DNA from: Thermoplasmata archaeon | Lineage (GTDB): Archaea > Thermoplasmatota > Thermoplasmata > Lutacidiplasmatales > UBA184 | Direction: 5' to 3' | Assembly: GCA_030038885.1 (NCBI GenBank) | Contig: JASHQY010000051.1 | Coordinates: forward strand, 1-35,603 | DNA length: 35,603 bases | Shown here: one piece after another, positions 8,730 through 17,209 of the stretch | Layout: every line of letters starts with the position of its first letter | Position numbering within the stretch: the first letter of the stretch is position 1 | The notes under the pieces: model-generated | The model's input: only the letters and a program-made list of their open reading frames with translations | Database searches by the model: none | Told to the model about the DNA's origin: nothing | Made by a program: the position numbers and the translations under genes

Positions 8730-10205
8730 ATGCTGCCGCTGATCTCGATCGTCCTCGCGACCCTCGCGCTCGGCACGGTCGGCACGTTCGCCGCCGGGAC
8801 CCGAGCGCGCTGGGTCGCGCTCGGGACGTCGGCGCTCTTCCTCGCGGAGGTCGGCCTCCTGTTCGCCGGGTTCACCGGCTGGCCGGGCTACTCCGGCACC
8901 CTCGTGCCCGGGTTCTCGTACACCGAGACCCACCCGTGGATCTCGCTCGCATGGATGCACATCGACTACGCGGTCGGCGTCGACGGGATCTCGCTGATCT
9001 TCGTGCTCCTGACCGCGATCCTGCAGATCGCGACGGTCGTGTACTCCTGGGGCGAGACCCAGCGGCCGGCGGGCTACTTCGGCCTCGTGATGCTGACGTG
9101 CCTCGGCTGCGTCGGGGTGTTCGTCGCGCTCGACATCCTCTTGTTCTTCCTCTTCTGGGAGCTCGTCCTCGTCCCGATGTTCTTCCTCATCGGGTACTGG
9201 GGCGGCCCGAACCGCCGCTACGCCGCGCTGAAGTTCTTCATCTACACCCACGTCGCGTCGATCGTGATGCTGGTCGGCCTGCTCGCGCTGGTCTTCTACT
9301 CGGGCGCGACCTCGTTCGACTTCGCGTCGGTCTACGCCGCCGCCCGCGGGCTCGCGCCGGTCGTCCAGACGTTCCTCTTCCTCGCGCTGTTCTTCGGCTT
9401 CGCGGTCAAGTTCCCGATCGTGCCGTTCCACACGTGGCTGCCGGACGCGCACGTCGAGGCCCCGACCGGCGGGTCGGTGCTGCTCGCCGGCCTCCTCCTG
9501 AAGCTCGGGGGCTACGGGCTGATCCGCTGGGCGGTCGAGGTCCTGCCGAGCGGGCTCCACTCGGTCCAGCCGCTCCTCTTCCTCATCGCGTTCCTCTCGA
9601 TCTTCTGGGGGTCGGTCCTCTCGCTCGCCCAGCGGGATCTGAAGCGCCTGGTCGCGTACTCCTCGATCAACCACATGGGGATCGTCCTCCTCGCGATCGC
9701 CCTCGACTCTTCCCTCGGGCTCCTCGCCGCGGTCCTCCTGATGTTCGCCCACGGGGTGGTGAGCGGGCTCCTCTTCATGGCGTCGGGGAGCGTCCACCAC
9801 CAGTACGGGACGCGCGACATCGCGTCGCTCGGCGGGATCACGCCGGGCGCGCCCGCGCTGTCGACGATGATCATGGCCGGCGGGCTCGCGTCGCTCGGGC
9901 TGCCGGCGCTGATCGGGTTCCCGGCCGAGTTCACCGCGTTCCTCGCGACGTGGAACGGGCTCGGCTATTGGGTCCTGATCCCGCTCTCGGTCCTCGTCGT
10001 GACCGCGGCGTTCTACCTCTGGATGATGCAGCGGATGCTGTTCGGCGAGACGAAAGGGGGGCCGCCGGACGCCCACGGCCTGCCGTGGTACGAGAGCGCC
10101 GGCATGGGGCTCCTCGTCGCGCTGACGGTCCTCTTCGGCGTCCTGCCGAGCCTGCTCGTGAACGTGATCGTGAATTCGCCGATCAAGGGATGGCCGGGGA
10201 CGTGA
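8730..10205 (+). CDS. nuoM: NADH-quinone oxidoreductase subunit M (antiporter-like)
   Basis: 491 aa. The ATG immediately follows the nuoL TAG. Contains FFLFWELVLVPMFFLIGYWGG, KFPIVPFHTWLPDAHVEAPTGGSVLLAG and YSSINHMG. Confidence 0.9.
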   Translation: MLPLISIVLATLALGTVGTFAAGTRARWVALGTSALFLAEVGLLFAGFTGWPGYSGTLVPGFSYTETHPWISLAWMHIDYAVGVDGISLIFVLLTAILQIATVVYSWGETQRPAGYFGLVMLTCLGCVGVFVALDILLFFLFWELVLVPMFFLIGYWGGPNRRYAALKFFIYTHVASIVMLVGLLALVFYSGATSFDFASVYAAARGLAPVVQTFLFLALFFGFAVKFPIVPFHTWLPDAHVEAPTGGSVLLAGLLLKLGGYGLIRWAVEVLPSGLHSVQPLLFLIAFLSIFWGSVLSLAQRDLKRLVAYSSINHMGIVLLAIALDSSLGLLAAVLLMFAHGVVSGLLFMASGSVHHQYGTRDIASLGGITPGAPALSTMIMAGGLASLGLPALIGFPAEFTAFLATWNGLGYWVLIPLSVLVVTAAFYLWMMQRMLFGETKGGPPDAHGLPWYESAGMGLLVALTVLFGVLPSLLVNVIVNSPIKGWPGT

Positions 10206-10209
10206 GCCC

Positions 10210-11808
10210 GTGACGTTCAGCTCGTTCGCGGCCCCGTTCGCGCCCGAGATCGTCCTGCTCGCGGGCACGCTCCTGATCTTCGCGCTCGACGTGCTGAAGG
10301 TCCGCCGGATCGAGATCACCGGTGGGATCGCGGTCGCCGCGACCCTCGCCGGGATCGCGCTCGTGGTCGCCGACCTCGGCTTCGCCCCGCTCGCGTTCCT
10401 CGCGACGATCCCCGCCGCGCAGATCGACGCGCTGCCGGCGGCCGGCGCCGCCCCGCTCTACGCGGTCACCTCGCTCGGCCTCGTCTTCCAGGCGATCTTC
10501 CTCCTCGCCGCGTTCTTCGTCGCGCTCGGGTCGACGAGCCGGCCGTCGGACGAGCGCGGCGCCTCGATCTTCTTCGGGCTCCTCCTCCTCGCGACGCTCG
10601 GGATGCTCCTGGTCGCGATCGCGTCGGACCTGATCTTCCTCCTGCTCGCGATCGAGGTCACGTCGATCGCGTCGTACCTGATGGTCGCCTACACGCGCAC
10701 GGACGCCCGCGGGGTCGAGGCCGCGATGAAGTTCTTCATCATCGGCGCGCTGTCGACCGTCCTGTCGTTCTTCGGCGCGTCGCTCCTGTTCGGCGCGTAC
10801 GGGACGACGAACCTCTACCTGATCCGCGCCGCCGGCACCGCGGTCGGCTACCCGACGCTCGTGCTGCTCGGCTACGGCTTCCTCTTCGCCGGGCTCGCGT
10901 TCAAGGTCACGCTCGTGCCGTTCCACGCGTGGGCGGTCGACGTGTACGACGGCGCGCCGCACGACGTCTCGGCGTTCCTCGCGGGCGGGACGAAGAAGAT
11001 GGGGATCTTCGCGTTCTTCCTCGTGTTCCTCGGTCCGGTCCTCGCGGTCGACGCGGTGGGGCAGAGCGGCTACGGGCTGTTCGGGGGCTCGCTCGCGCTC
11101 GGCCCGAGCTTCCAGCTCGCGCTCGGCGTGATCGCGGTCCTGACGATGTCGGTCGGCAACGCGCTCGCGCTCCTCCAGAAGGAGATGAAGCGGATGCTCG
11201 CGTACTCGTCGATCAGCCAGGCCGGCTACATGATGATCGGCATCACGATCGGCTCCGCGCCCGCGCTCGGCGGTGCGACCCTGCAGGTGCTCGCCCACGC
11301 CCTGATGAAGACCGGGGCGTTCCTCGTGGTCAGCGCGGTCGCCGCGCTCGGCGTCGGGCCGCTGATCGAGGACTACCGGGGCCTCGGCACCCGGCGGCCG
11401 CTCCTCGGCGCCGCGTTCGCGCTGATGCTCCTCAGCCTCGCCGGGGTCCCGCTCACGATCGGCTTCGTCTCGAAGTTCGTCCTGTTCAGCGCGGCGGTCC
11501 GGGCCCAGGGCTGGTTCCTCTGGCTCGCGGTCGCGGGACTCCTCAACAGCGCGATCTCGGTCTTCTACTACGCGCGGGTCCTGAAGGCGATGTACTTCGA
11601 CCCGTCGCCCGTGCCGGACCCGGCGCTCGCCGGCGCGGTCGTCGGCGGGGCGGGCCCCCCGGCCCTGCCGGTCGGCGGCCTCGGGTACGGCCGGGCCGCG
11701 GCGATCGCGCTCATCGCCGGGCTGATCGTGCTCTTCGGGATCGATCCGCAGCTGGTCCTCGGCCCGATCCAGGCCGCGGCGTACCACTTCGTGGCGGCCG
11801 GAGCGTGA
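10210..11808 (+). CDS. nuoN: NADH-quinone oxidoreductase subunit N (antiporter-like)
   Basis: 532 aa with a GTG start 4 nt after the nuoM stop. Contains LLLAIEVTSIASYLMVAY, FKVTLVPFHAWAVDVYDGAP and YSSISQAGYM. Confidence 0.85.
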   Translation: MTFSSFAAPFAPEIVLLAGTLLIFALDVLKVRRIEITGGIAVAATLAGIALVVADLGFAPLAFLATIPAAQIDALPAAGAAPLYAVTSLGLVFQAIFLLAAFFVALGSTSRPSDERGASIFFGLLLLATLGMLLVAIASDLIFLLLAIEVTSIASYLMVAYTRTDARGVEAAMKFFIIGALSTVLSFFGASLLFGAYGTTNLYLIRAAGTAVGYPTLVLLGYGFLFAGLAFKVTLVPFHAWAVDVYDGAPHDVSAFLAGGTKKMGIFAFFLVFLGPVLAVDAVGQSGYGLFGGSLALGPSFQLALGVIAVLTMSVGNALALLQKEMKRMLAYSSISQAGYMMIGITIGSAPALGGATLQVLAHALMKTGAFLVVSAVAALGVGPLIEDYRGLGTRRPLLGAAFALMLLSLAGVPLTIGFVSKFVLFSAAVRAQGWFLWLAVAGLLNSAISVFYYARVLKAMYFDPSPVPDPALAGAVVGGAGPPALPVGGLGYGRAAAIALIAGLIVLFGIDPQLVLGPIQAAAYHFVAAGA

Positions 11809-11812
11809 GCGG

Positions 11813-12913
11813 ATGGACGCGTACGACGTCGTCGTGGTCGGCGCCGGGCCCGCGGGCTCGCTCGCGGCCCGCGCGGCCGCGGAGGCGGGCGCGACGACCC
11901 TGCTCCTCGACCACCGGCCGGAGCTCGGCCACCCGGTCCAGTGCGGGGAGTTCGTCCCCGCGCCGGAGGAGCTCGCGGACCTCTTCGGCTGCCCGGAGCT
12001 GATCGCCCGGTCGTTCGAGATCCCACCGGGCACGGTCCTGCGGGCGACCCGCGGCATGCGGTGCGTCTCGCCGTACGGGCACCGCTACTGCTTCCCGCTC
12101 TCGGGATACACGGTCTCGCGCCGCGCGTTCGACAAGGCGCTTGCCTACCGCGCCGAGGGCGCGGGCGCGGAGCTCCGCCACCCGGTCGGCGTCACCGGCC
12201 TCTTCGGCGACGAGGTCCGGCTCGCCGGCGCGCCGAGCGTCCGGGCGCGGGCGGTCGTCGCGGCGGACGGGCCGCTCTCGACGATCGGCCGTTCGGTCGG
12301 CTTCGCGCCGCGCCGGACGATGTTCCGCATGATCACCGCGACGGTCGACGGGCCGCTCGACGACGCGATCGACCTGCACTTCGGGCACGCCGCCCCGGGG
12401 GGCTACGCGTGGCGCTTTCCGCGCGCGCACGACGCGAACGTCGGGCTCGGCGTCGCGCGCGTCGCGGACCACCGCTCGCTCGACGCCCTCCTCGGGGAGT
12501 TCACGGCCGCCGCGGGGCTGGGCGCCTTCCGCGAGCCGACGCGCTGGTGGGTCCCCGTCGGCCCACCGCCCGCGAGCCTCGTGCGGGGGCGCGCGCTGTT
12601 CGCCGGGGACGCGGCGAACCTCGTGATGGCGACCAACGGCGGCGGGATCCCGACCGCGATGATGAGCGGATGGCTCGCGGGCGGGGCGGCGGCCCGACAC
12701 GCCCGGGACGGGCGGCCGCTCGCGGAGTACGATGCGGCGTGGCGCTCGGCGCTCTCGGCGCCGCTCGCGCGCGCGGCGCGGATCCAGCGGTTCGGCGACC
12801 GGTTCGCGGGGTTCGACCCCCTCCTGGCGCTGGGGATGCGATATATCGGAGCGCCGGGTCTGGACGACATGATGCGGCTCCGGTGGCCCGCCCGGCTCGG
12901 CGGTGGCTCGTGA
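11813..12913 (+). CDS. FAD-dependent geranylgeranyl reductase family protein
   Basis: 366 aa with the N-terminal YDVVVVGAGPAGSLAA Rossmann motif, PVQCGEFVP (the conserved Cys region of archaeal geranylgeranyl reductases) and FAGDAANLV. Starts 4 nt after the nuoN stop. Confidence 0.8.
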   Translation: MDAYDVVVVGAGPAGSLAARAAAEAGATTLLLDHRPELGHPVQCGEFVPAPEELADLFGCPELIARSFEIPPGTVLRATRGMRCVSPYGHRYCFPLSGYTVSRRAFDKALAYRAEGAGAELRHPVGVTGLFGDEVRLAGAPSVRARAVVAADGPLSTIGRSVGFAPRRTMFRMITATVDGPLDDAIDLHFGHAAPGGYAWRFPRAHDANVGLGVARVADHRSLDALLGEFTAAAGLGAFREPTRWWVPVGPPPASLVRGRALFAGDAANLVMATNGGGIPTAMMSGWLAGGAAARHARDGRPLAEYDAAWRSALSAPLARAARIQRFGDRFAGFDPLLALGMRYIGAPGLDDMMRLRWPARLGGGS

Positions 12914-13974
12914 CGAGCCCGAGCCCGTCCCCGGCGTCCGACGCGCTCGAGCCCTCGCTCGAGGCGCTGGTCTCCGAGACGTTCGGGCCCGCGGCGCTCA
13001 GCCAGGTCGGCGAGCTCCTCCCGGTGCTCGTCCGGGACCTCGCGGACGTCGACTGGCGGCTCGCCCAGGTCCTCGGATCGACCTACGCCCAACTCACCGA
13101 GGCGGCCCGGTACGCGTGCTCGACCGGCGGCAAGCGGGTCCGCCCGCTCCTGATGGCGGTGAGCTACCGGGCGCTCGGGGCGACGACCACCCGGCCGATC
13201 CACTCGCTCGCGGCGGCGTTCCAGCTGATCCACACCGCGACCCTCGTGCACGACGACGTGATCGACCACGCGGAGACGCGGCGGGGCCGCCCGTCGATGC
13301 CGCGCGCGTTCGGGGTCCCGCTCGCGATCGTCTCGGGCGACTATCTGTTCGTCCGGGCGTTCGAGCTGGCGGCCGAGTACCCCCGCTCGATCCTCCTGAA
13401 GTGCGGGGAGGCGTGCGCCGACCTCGTCGAGGGCGAGGTCCTCGAGGAGGCGTCGCGCTTCGAGCTCGCGAGCGGGCGCGAACACTACCTGCGCGTGGTC
13501 GAGCGCAAGACCGCCGCGATCATCGCGGCGGCCCTCTCGTCGGTCGCGGAGATCGCCGAGGTCCCCCCGCCGATGATCGACGCGCTCACCCACTACGGCC
13601 GGGCGCTCGGGATCGCGTTCCAGATCCGGGACGACCTCCTCGACGTCTACGGCGACCCCGACCTCCTCGGGAAGCCGCTCTTCACCGACCTGCGGGAGGG
13701 CAACGCGACCCTCCTCTCGCTCGAGGCCTACGACCGGCTCGACCCGAAGCGCCAGGCGGAGTTCGAGGCGCTGTTCCAGCTGCGGCACAAGCGCACGAAG
13801 CACCTCCTCCGGCTCAAGGAGCTCACCGACCTCTCGGGCGCCGGGGCGCCGGTCGCCTCCCGGGCGTCCGAGTGGGCCGACCGCGCGGTCCGCGCGCTCG
13901 AACCGGTCCCGCCGAGCCCCTACCGCGGGCTCCTCGAGCTGCTCGCGCACGGAGCGGTCGACCGCCGCTACTGA
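12910..13974 (+). CDS. long-chain (IspB/HepT-like) trans-polyprenyl diphosphate synthase
   Basis: GTG in a GTGA overlap with the reductase stop. First Asp-rich motif LIHTATLVHDDVIDH, with small Ala/Thr residues at positions -5/-4 as in octaprenyl synthase. Also GKRVRPLL and the second motif FQIRDDLLD. Confidence 0.85.
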   Translation: MTSPSPSPASDALEPSLEALVSETFGPAALSQVGELLPVLVRDLADVDWRLAQVLGSTYAQLTEAARYACSTGGKRVRPLLMAVSYRALGATTTRPIHSLAAAFQLIHTATLVHDDVIDHAETRRGRPSMPRAFGVPLAIVSGDYLFVRAFELAAEYPRSILLKCGEACADLVEGEVLEEASRFELASGREHYLRVVERKTAAIIAAALSSVAEIAEVPPPMIDALTHYGRALGIAFQIRDDLLDVYGDPDLLGKPLFTDLREGNATLLSLEAYDRLDPKRQAEFEALFQLRHKRTKHLLRLKELTDLSGAGAPVASRASEWADRAVRALEPVPPSPYRGLLELLAHGAVDRRY

Positions 13975-14040
13975 CGGCCCCGTCGGTGGAACGAAAGGTA
14001 CAAGTTCCCCGCCCGGGCTCGAACGCTCGCGGCACCCTCC

Positions 14041-14481
14041 ATGAGCGGCAGCACCTCCGCGGACTCCCCGGTCACGTTCGACCGCCTCCCCGAGCGCTGG
14101 GAGCCGACCCCGGTGGTCCCGCGCCGGCCGCTCGGGGTCGCGCTGATCTCGGTCCTGATCGCGCTGTTCGGCCTCGTGCTCCTGCTCGGCGGGCTCCTCT
14201 TCCTCCTCTCGATCTACCTCGGGGCGTTCGTCCCCGCGTCGCTCGAGCTGATCCCGTCGCTCGACCTCTGGGGCGCCGGGATCGTCGCGATCCTCGGCGC
14301 CGCGCTGATCGGGGTCGCGACCGCCCTGTGGGACCAGGAGACGTGGGCGCTCTGGACGACGATCGTCCTCGTCTTCGCGGCGGCGACGTACCTGTTCTTC
14401 ACCGAGTCGATCACGATCCTGCTCCTCGTCCTCGTCGTGCTGTTCGTCTATCTTATCTCGGTGCGCCGCTACTTCTACTGA
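14041..14481 (+). CDS. hypothetical small integral membrane protein
   Basis: 146 aa with a polar N-terminus followed by about four hydrophobic helices. GC-rich third-position codon usage like its neighbours. Its stop overlaps the next ATG (TGATG). Confidence 0.55.
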   Translation: MSGSTSADSPVTFDRLPERWEPTPVVPRRPLGVALISVLIALFGLVLLLGGLLFLLSIYLGAFVPASLELIPSLDLWGAGIVAILGAALIGVATALWDQETWALWTTIVLVFAAATYLFFTESITILLLVLVVLFVYLISVRRYFY

Positions 14482-15299
14482 TGCGCCTCCTCCTCGCGCA
14501 GCTCGCGCCGCGACCGGGCGACGTCGCGGCGAACCTCGAGCGGATCCGGACCGCCGTCGGGGCCGGGCCGAGCGATCTCGCGGTCTTCCCCGAACTGTTC
14601 CTCTCGGGGTACCGCGTCGGGGACCGGGTCCACCGGCTCGCGCTCGCGGACGGCGACGCGACGACCGCCGCGCTGCGGGCGATCGCCCGGGAGTCCCGCG
14701 CGACGCTCGTCGTCGGCGCGCCGCTCCGCGCGTCCGACCGCCCCGGCGAGGTCCACAACGCGGTGCTCGCGGTCCGTCCGGACGGGGAGGTGCACGCCCA
14801 GCTCAAGCGCTACCTCCCGACGTTCGGTCCGTTCGAGGAGGGCGTCCACTTCACCGCGGGCGACGAGAGCCACCCGGTCCCGATCGCCGCCCGCTCGGTC
14901 GGCCTCGAGATCTGCTACGACACGTTCTTCCCCGAGGTCTCCCGGGCGCTGGCGCTCGAGGGGGCCGAGCTGCTCGTGATCGTCTCGGCGTCCCCGACGA
15001 CCAGCGCACCGTTGTTCGCGAAGCTCCTGCCCGCCCGCGCGATCGAGAACGGCTTCCCGGTCGTCTACGTGAACCGCGTCGGGGTCGAGGACGGCGTGGT
15101 CTTCGGGGGCGGCTCGGGAGCGTGGGACGCCCGCGGCGAGCCGATCCCGGCGACCCGCCTCCCCGGGGCCGACCTGGCCCCCGAGGAGCAGCTCCTGCAT
15201 GTCGAGATCGACCCGACCGAGAGCGCGCGGTGGCGGCCGTTTCGCCCGGTGCTGCGCGACGTGGCCGCGCGGCCGGGCGCCTCGTCGGTGGGCGGCTAG
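14481..15299 (+). CDS. carbon-nitrogen hydrolase (nitrilase superfamily) protein
   Basis: 272 aa with the Glu-Lys-Cys triad contexts AVFPELFLSGY, LKRYLPTF and GLEICYDTFFPE, followed by YVNRVG. The track ORF from 12903 is an in-frame upstream read-through. Confidence 0.8.
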   Translation: MRLLLAQLAPRPGDVAANLERIRTAVGAGPSDLAVFPELFLSGYRVGDRVHRLALADGDATTAALRAIARESRATLVVGAPLRASDRPGEVHNAVLAVRPDGEVHAQLKRYLPTFGPFEEGVHFTAGDESHPVPIAARSVGLEICYDTFFPEVSRALALEGAELLVIVSASPTTSAPLFAKLLPARAIENGFPVVYVNRVGVEDGVVFGGGSGAWDARGEPIPATRLPGADLAPEEQLLHVEIDPTESARWRPFRPVLRDVAARPGASSVGG

Positions 15300-15902
15300 C
15301 ACGGGCCTCCGAAGCATCGGGGCCTCGATTCCACCGAGGCCGTCGAGCGGGACTGCGGTGGACGTCAGGAGCCCGGGCGCACCGCTCTCCAGTTGCCCCG
15401 AGGTGGACGCCCTCCCCGGTGGGCCTTCCGGCCCGACCGAGCGACCCGCCGGGACGTGGAGCCTCCCGAGGTGGCGTTCGAGCACCGAGCTACCGGGGAC
15501 CGTGGACCCTTGGATACACGGGAGGCCGAGGTGCCCGCTCGATCCGGGGAAGCTCCGCCGATAGGAACTTCCCCCCTTCGTGGTCCTCGACCGGTTCGAG
15601 CCCGGGCTCCGGGTGCGGGACGGCACGCTCCCGCCGGCGGCCCACCGGACCCACAGTACCTTCGAACTCCGATCCGGAAGTGATTCGCGGAACGCGTCGT
15701 CCTCCTCCTCGAACTCGCGCCGAACGGCGCCCCGGAGGGAGCGAACTCGCCGGGCAGAGCGAGGGGCCGGCTCCTCGCCGCGATCTCCGCAACTTCCGCG
15801 ATCCGCATCCGCATCGCGTTGTCGGGTTGTCGGCGACCGCGTTCGGGATCGAGGGCCACGGCGGGCCCTGCGGCCACCGTGGGGCGTGCGTCGCCGGTGG
15901 AC

Positions 15903-16307
15903 CTATTCGCGTGGAGAACGCTCGCCGGACTCGGGATCCGAACCTTTGGGGTATCTCGCCGCCCGAAGCGAGTGACAGATCCTCGGCACTCGGCCGCCAG
16001 CGAACCCCCAGAGATCGTCGGCGGAGTACCCTGAATAGTGAGGAAGGATCTTCTGTCGAACCTCGGCCATCAAGTCCCACGAAATCTTGGGCTTCTCTCC
16101 GACGAACCGCGAATTCCTTCCGAGCTCCGTGCCGGACTCGACGAACTGAATGACGCAGATGCGAAGTCGGGCACGAAGCCCCGCGCCGATTTCCGTCGGC
16201 GACGAATACCGTCCGTGGCCGCTCGAAAGAATCCCACGAACGCACGGTTCTTCCTCGAGCATCCGTGTCCCGAGGATTCGAGCGGATTCCCGAGCGGACC
16301 GCTTCAC
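15903..16307 (-). CDS. HEPN-domain (DUF86-like) toxin of an MNT/HEPN pair
   Basis: 134 aa from a GTG in a GTGA overlap with the upstream MNT stop. ISWDLMAEVRQKILPHYSGYSADDLW aligns by eye with the DUF86 I-P-W..I.G.R-x(4-6)-H.Y..VD...VW signature. Confidence 0.65.
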   Translation of the reverse strand: MKRSARESARILGTRMLEEEPCVRGILSSGHGRYSSPTEIGAGLRARLRICVIQFVESGTELGRNSRFVGEKPKISWDLMAEVRQKILPHYSGYSADDLWGFAGGRVPRICHSLRAARYPKGSDPESGERSPRE

Positions 16308-16741
16308 ACGGGTACCGCCTCGGACAGGACCGTGGGGATGACGTACCACGATAGATCTTCCTGAGCAGCCACATCGACCGAACGATGCAATACCTTCCTC
16401 AGCGCGGCCTCGAGGTCGAAACGGGCGGTCGGGGTACGGCGCTTCGACCACTCTACCAAGAGATCGACGTCGCTGTCGGGCCGTGCCTCGCGGCGTCGGA
16501 CGGAACCGAACACGCGGACGTTTCTCGCGCCGTACCTTCGGGCGAGCCGGAGAATGGCCCTACGCTTCGGCGCGATGATCTCGTCGATGCCGAGACCCTC
16601 CCCGAGCTCCACGGACCGAATCTTCGGAACGTTCCAGTACTTCGACTTGCACCGGGGGCAGATGCGCACGACCGGTGCACGGGGATACCACGAATAGATG
16701 CACCGGTAGCAATGGAGCAACGGAGAGCCGGTCTCGGACAT
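16304..16741 (-). CDS. minimal nucleotidyltransferase (MNT) antitoxin with an N-terminal CxxC..CxxC zinc ribbon
   Basis: 145 aa from ATG 16741. FGSVRRREARPDSDVDLLV is the GS-x(n)-D-x-D nucleotidyltransferase motif. The N-terminus CYRC-x16-CPRC is a zinc-ribbon pattern. The 263-aa track ORF extends upstream into sequence that does not look protein-like. Confidence 0.75.
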   Translation of the reverse strand: MSETGSPLLHCYRCIYSWYPRAPVVRICPRCKSKYWNVPKIRSVELGEGLGIDEIIAPKRRAILRLARRYGARNVRVFGSVRRREARPDSDVDLLVEWSKRRTPTARFDLEAALRKVLHRSVDVAAQEDLSWYVIPTVLSEAVPV

Positions 16742-17209
16742 CACCGGAAGGCACTGGATTCGGGGCTGTAAACTTACCTTGCGGGAAGTTGTACGGACGC
16801 TCGAACGCGAGCCCGTCCCGTCGTGCCTGACCGCACCCCGACCCGTCCTCCGCGGGCAGTACCTCGTCCCGCACGCCCGTTCCCCGAGCGGTGCCACCGG
16901 GAGGGAACCGCCTTCCCTATCCGAGATCGTCGTGTCCCGCCGAGCACCTGCGGCGAGGCGGTGTTCGTTGCCATTGGCCGTGCCGTACTCTGGGTTCGAG
17001 CCGGCGGCCTTCGGCGTTCTCGTGACCAACCATTCTGCGCAGGCTCCCGACAGCGAGTTCCGCCGGCAACTGCCCCCCACGATCGCCTGGGACACTCTCG
17101 GTAGCCGAGAGAGGACTCGCCCTCCAGAGGCCTTCGACGCTCCTCGAGCGTCAGACCGCTCCCCGTCAGGGAACTCTGGGAATCCTTGAACGCGGAGGGG
17201 AAGATGGCG

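Noticed and set aside
6687-10319. 1210-aa minus-strand ORF, the longest in the track, antisense to nuoL/nuoM/nuoN
   Set aside because: The translation is monotonous Arg/Glu/Asp/Pro low-complexity text with no motifs. The opposite strand encodes unmistakable NuoL and NuoM. This is a classic stop-free antisense frame in GC-rich DNA.
15397-15534. Three copies of (C/G)CCGAGGTG(G/C) spaced 68 and 60 nt apart, considered as a possible CRISPR-like or tandem array
   Set aside because: The repeat is only about 9-10 nt and imperfect, the spacing is irregular and there are only three copies. This is far below the criteria for a CRISPR array.
15591-15605. tRNA T-arm-like CCGG-TTCGAGC-CCGG; a second GGGTTCGAGCC lies at 16992-17002
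   Set aside because: I could not build a matching acceptor stem, D-arm or anticodon arm from the flanking about 60 nt on either side. These are probably chance matches in GC-rich sequence.
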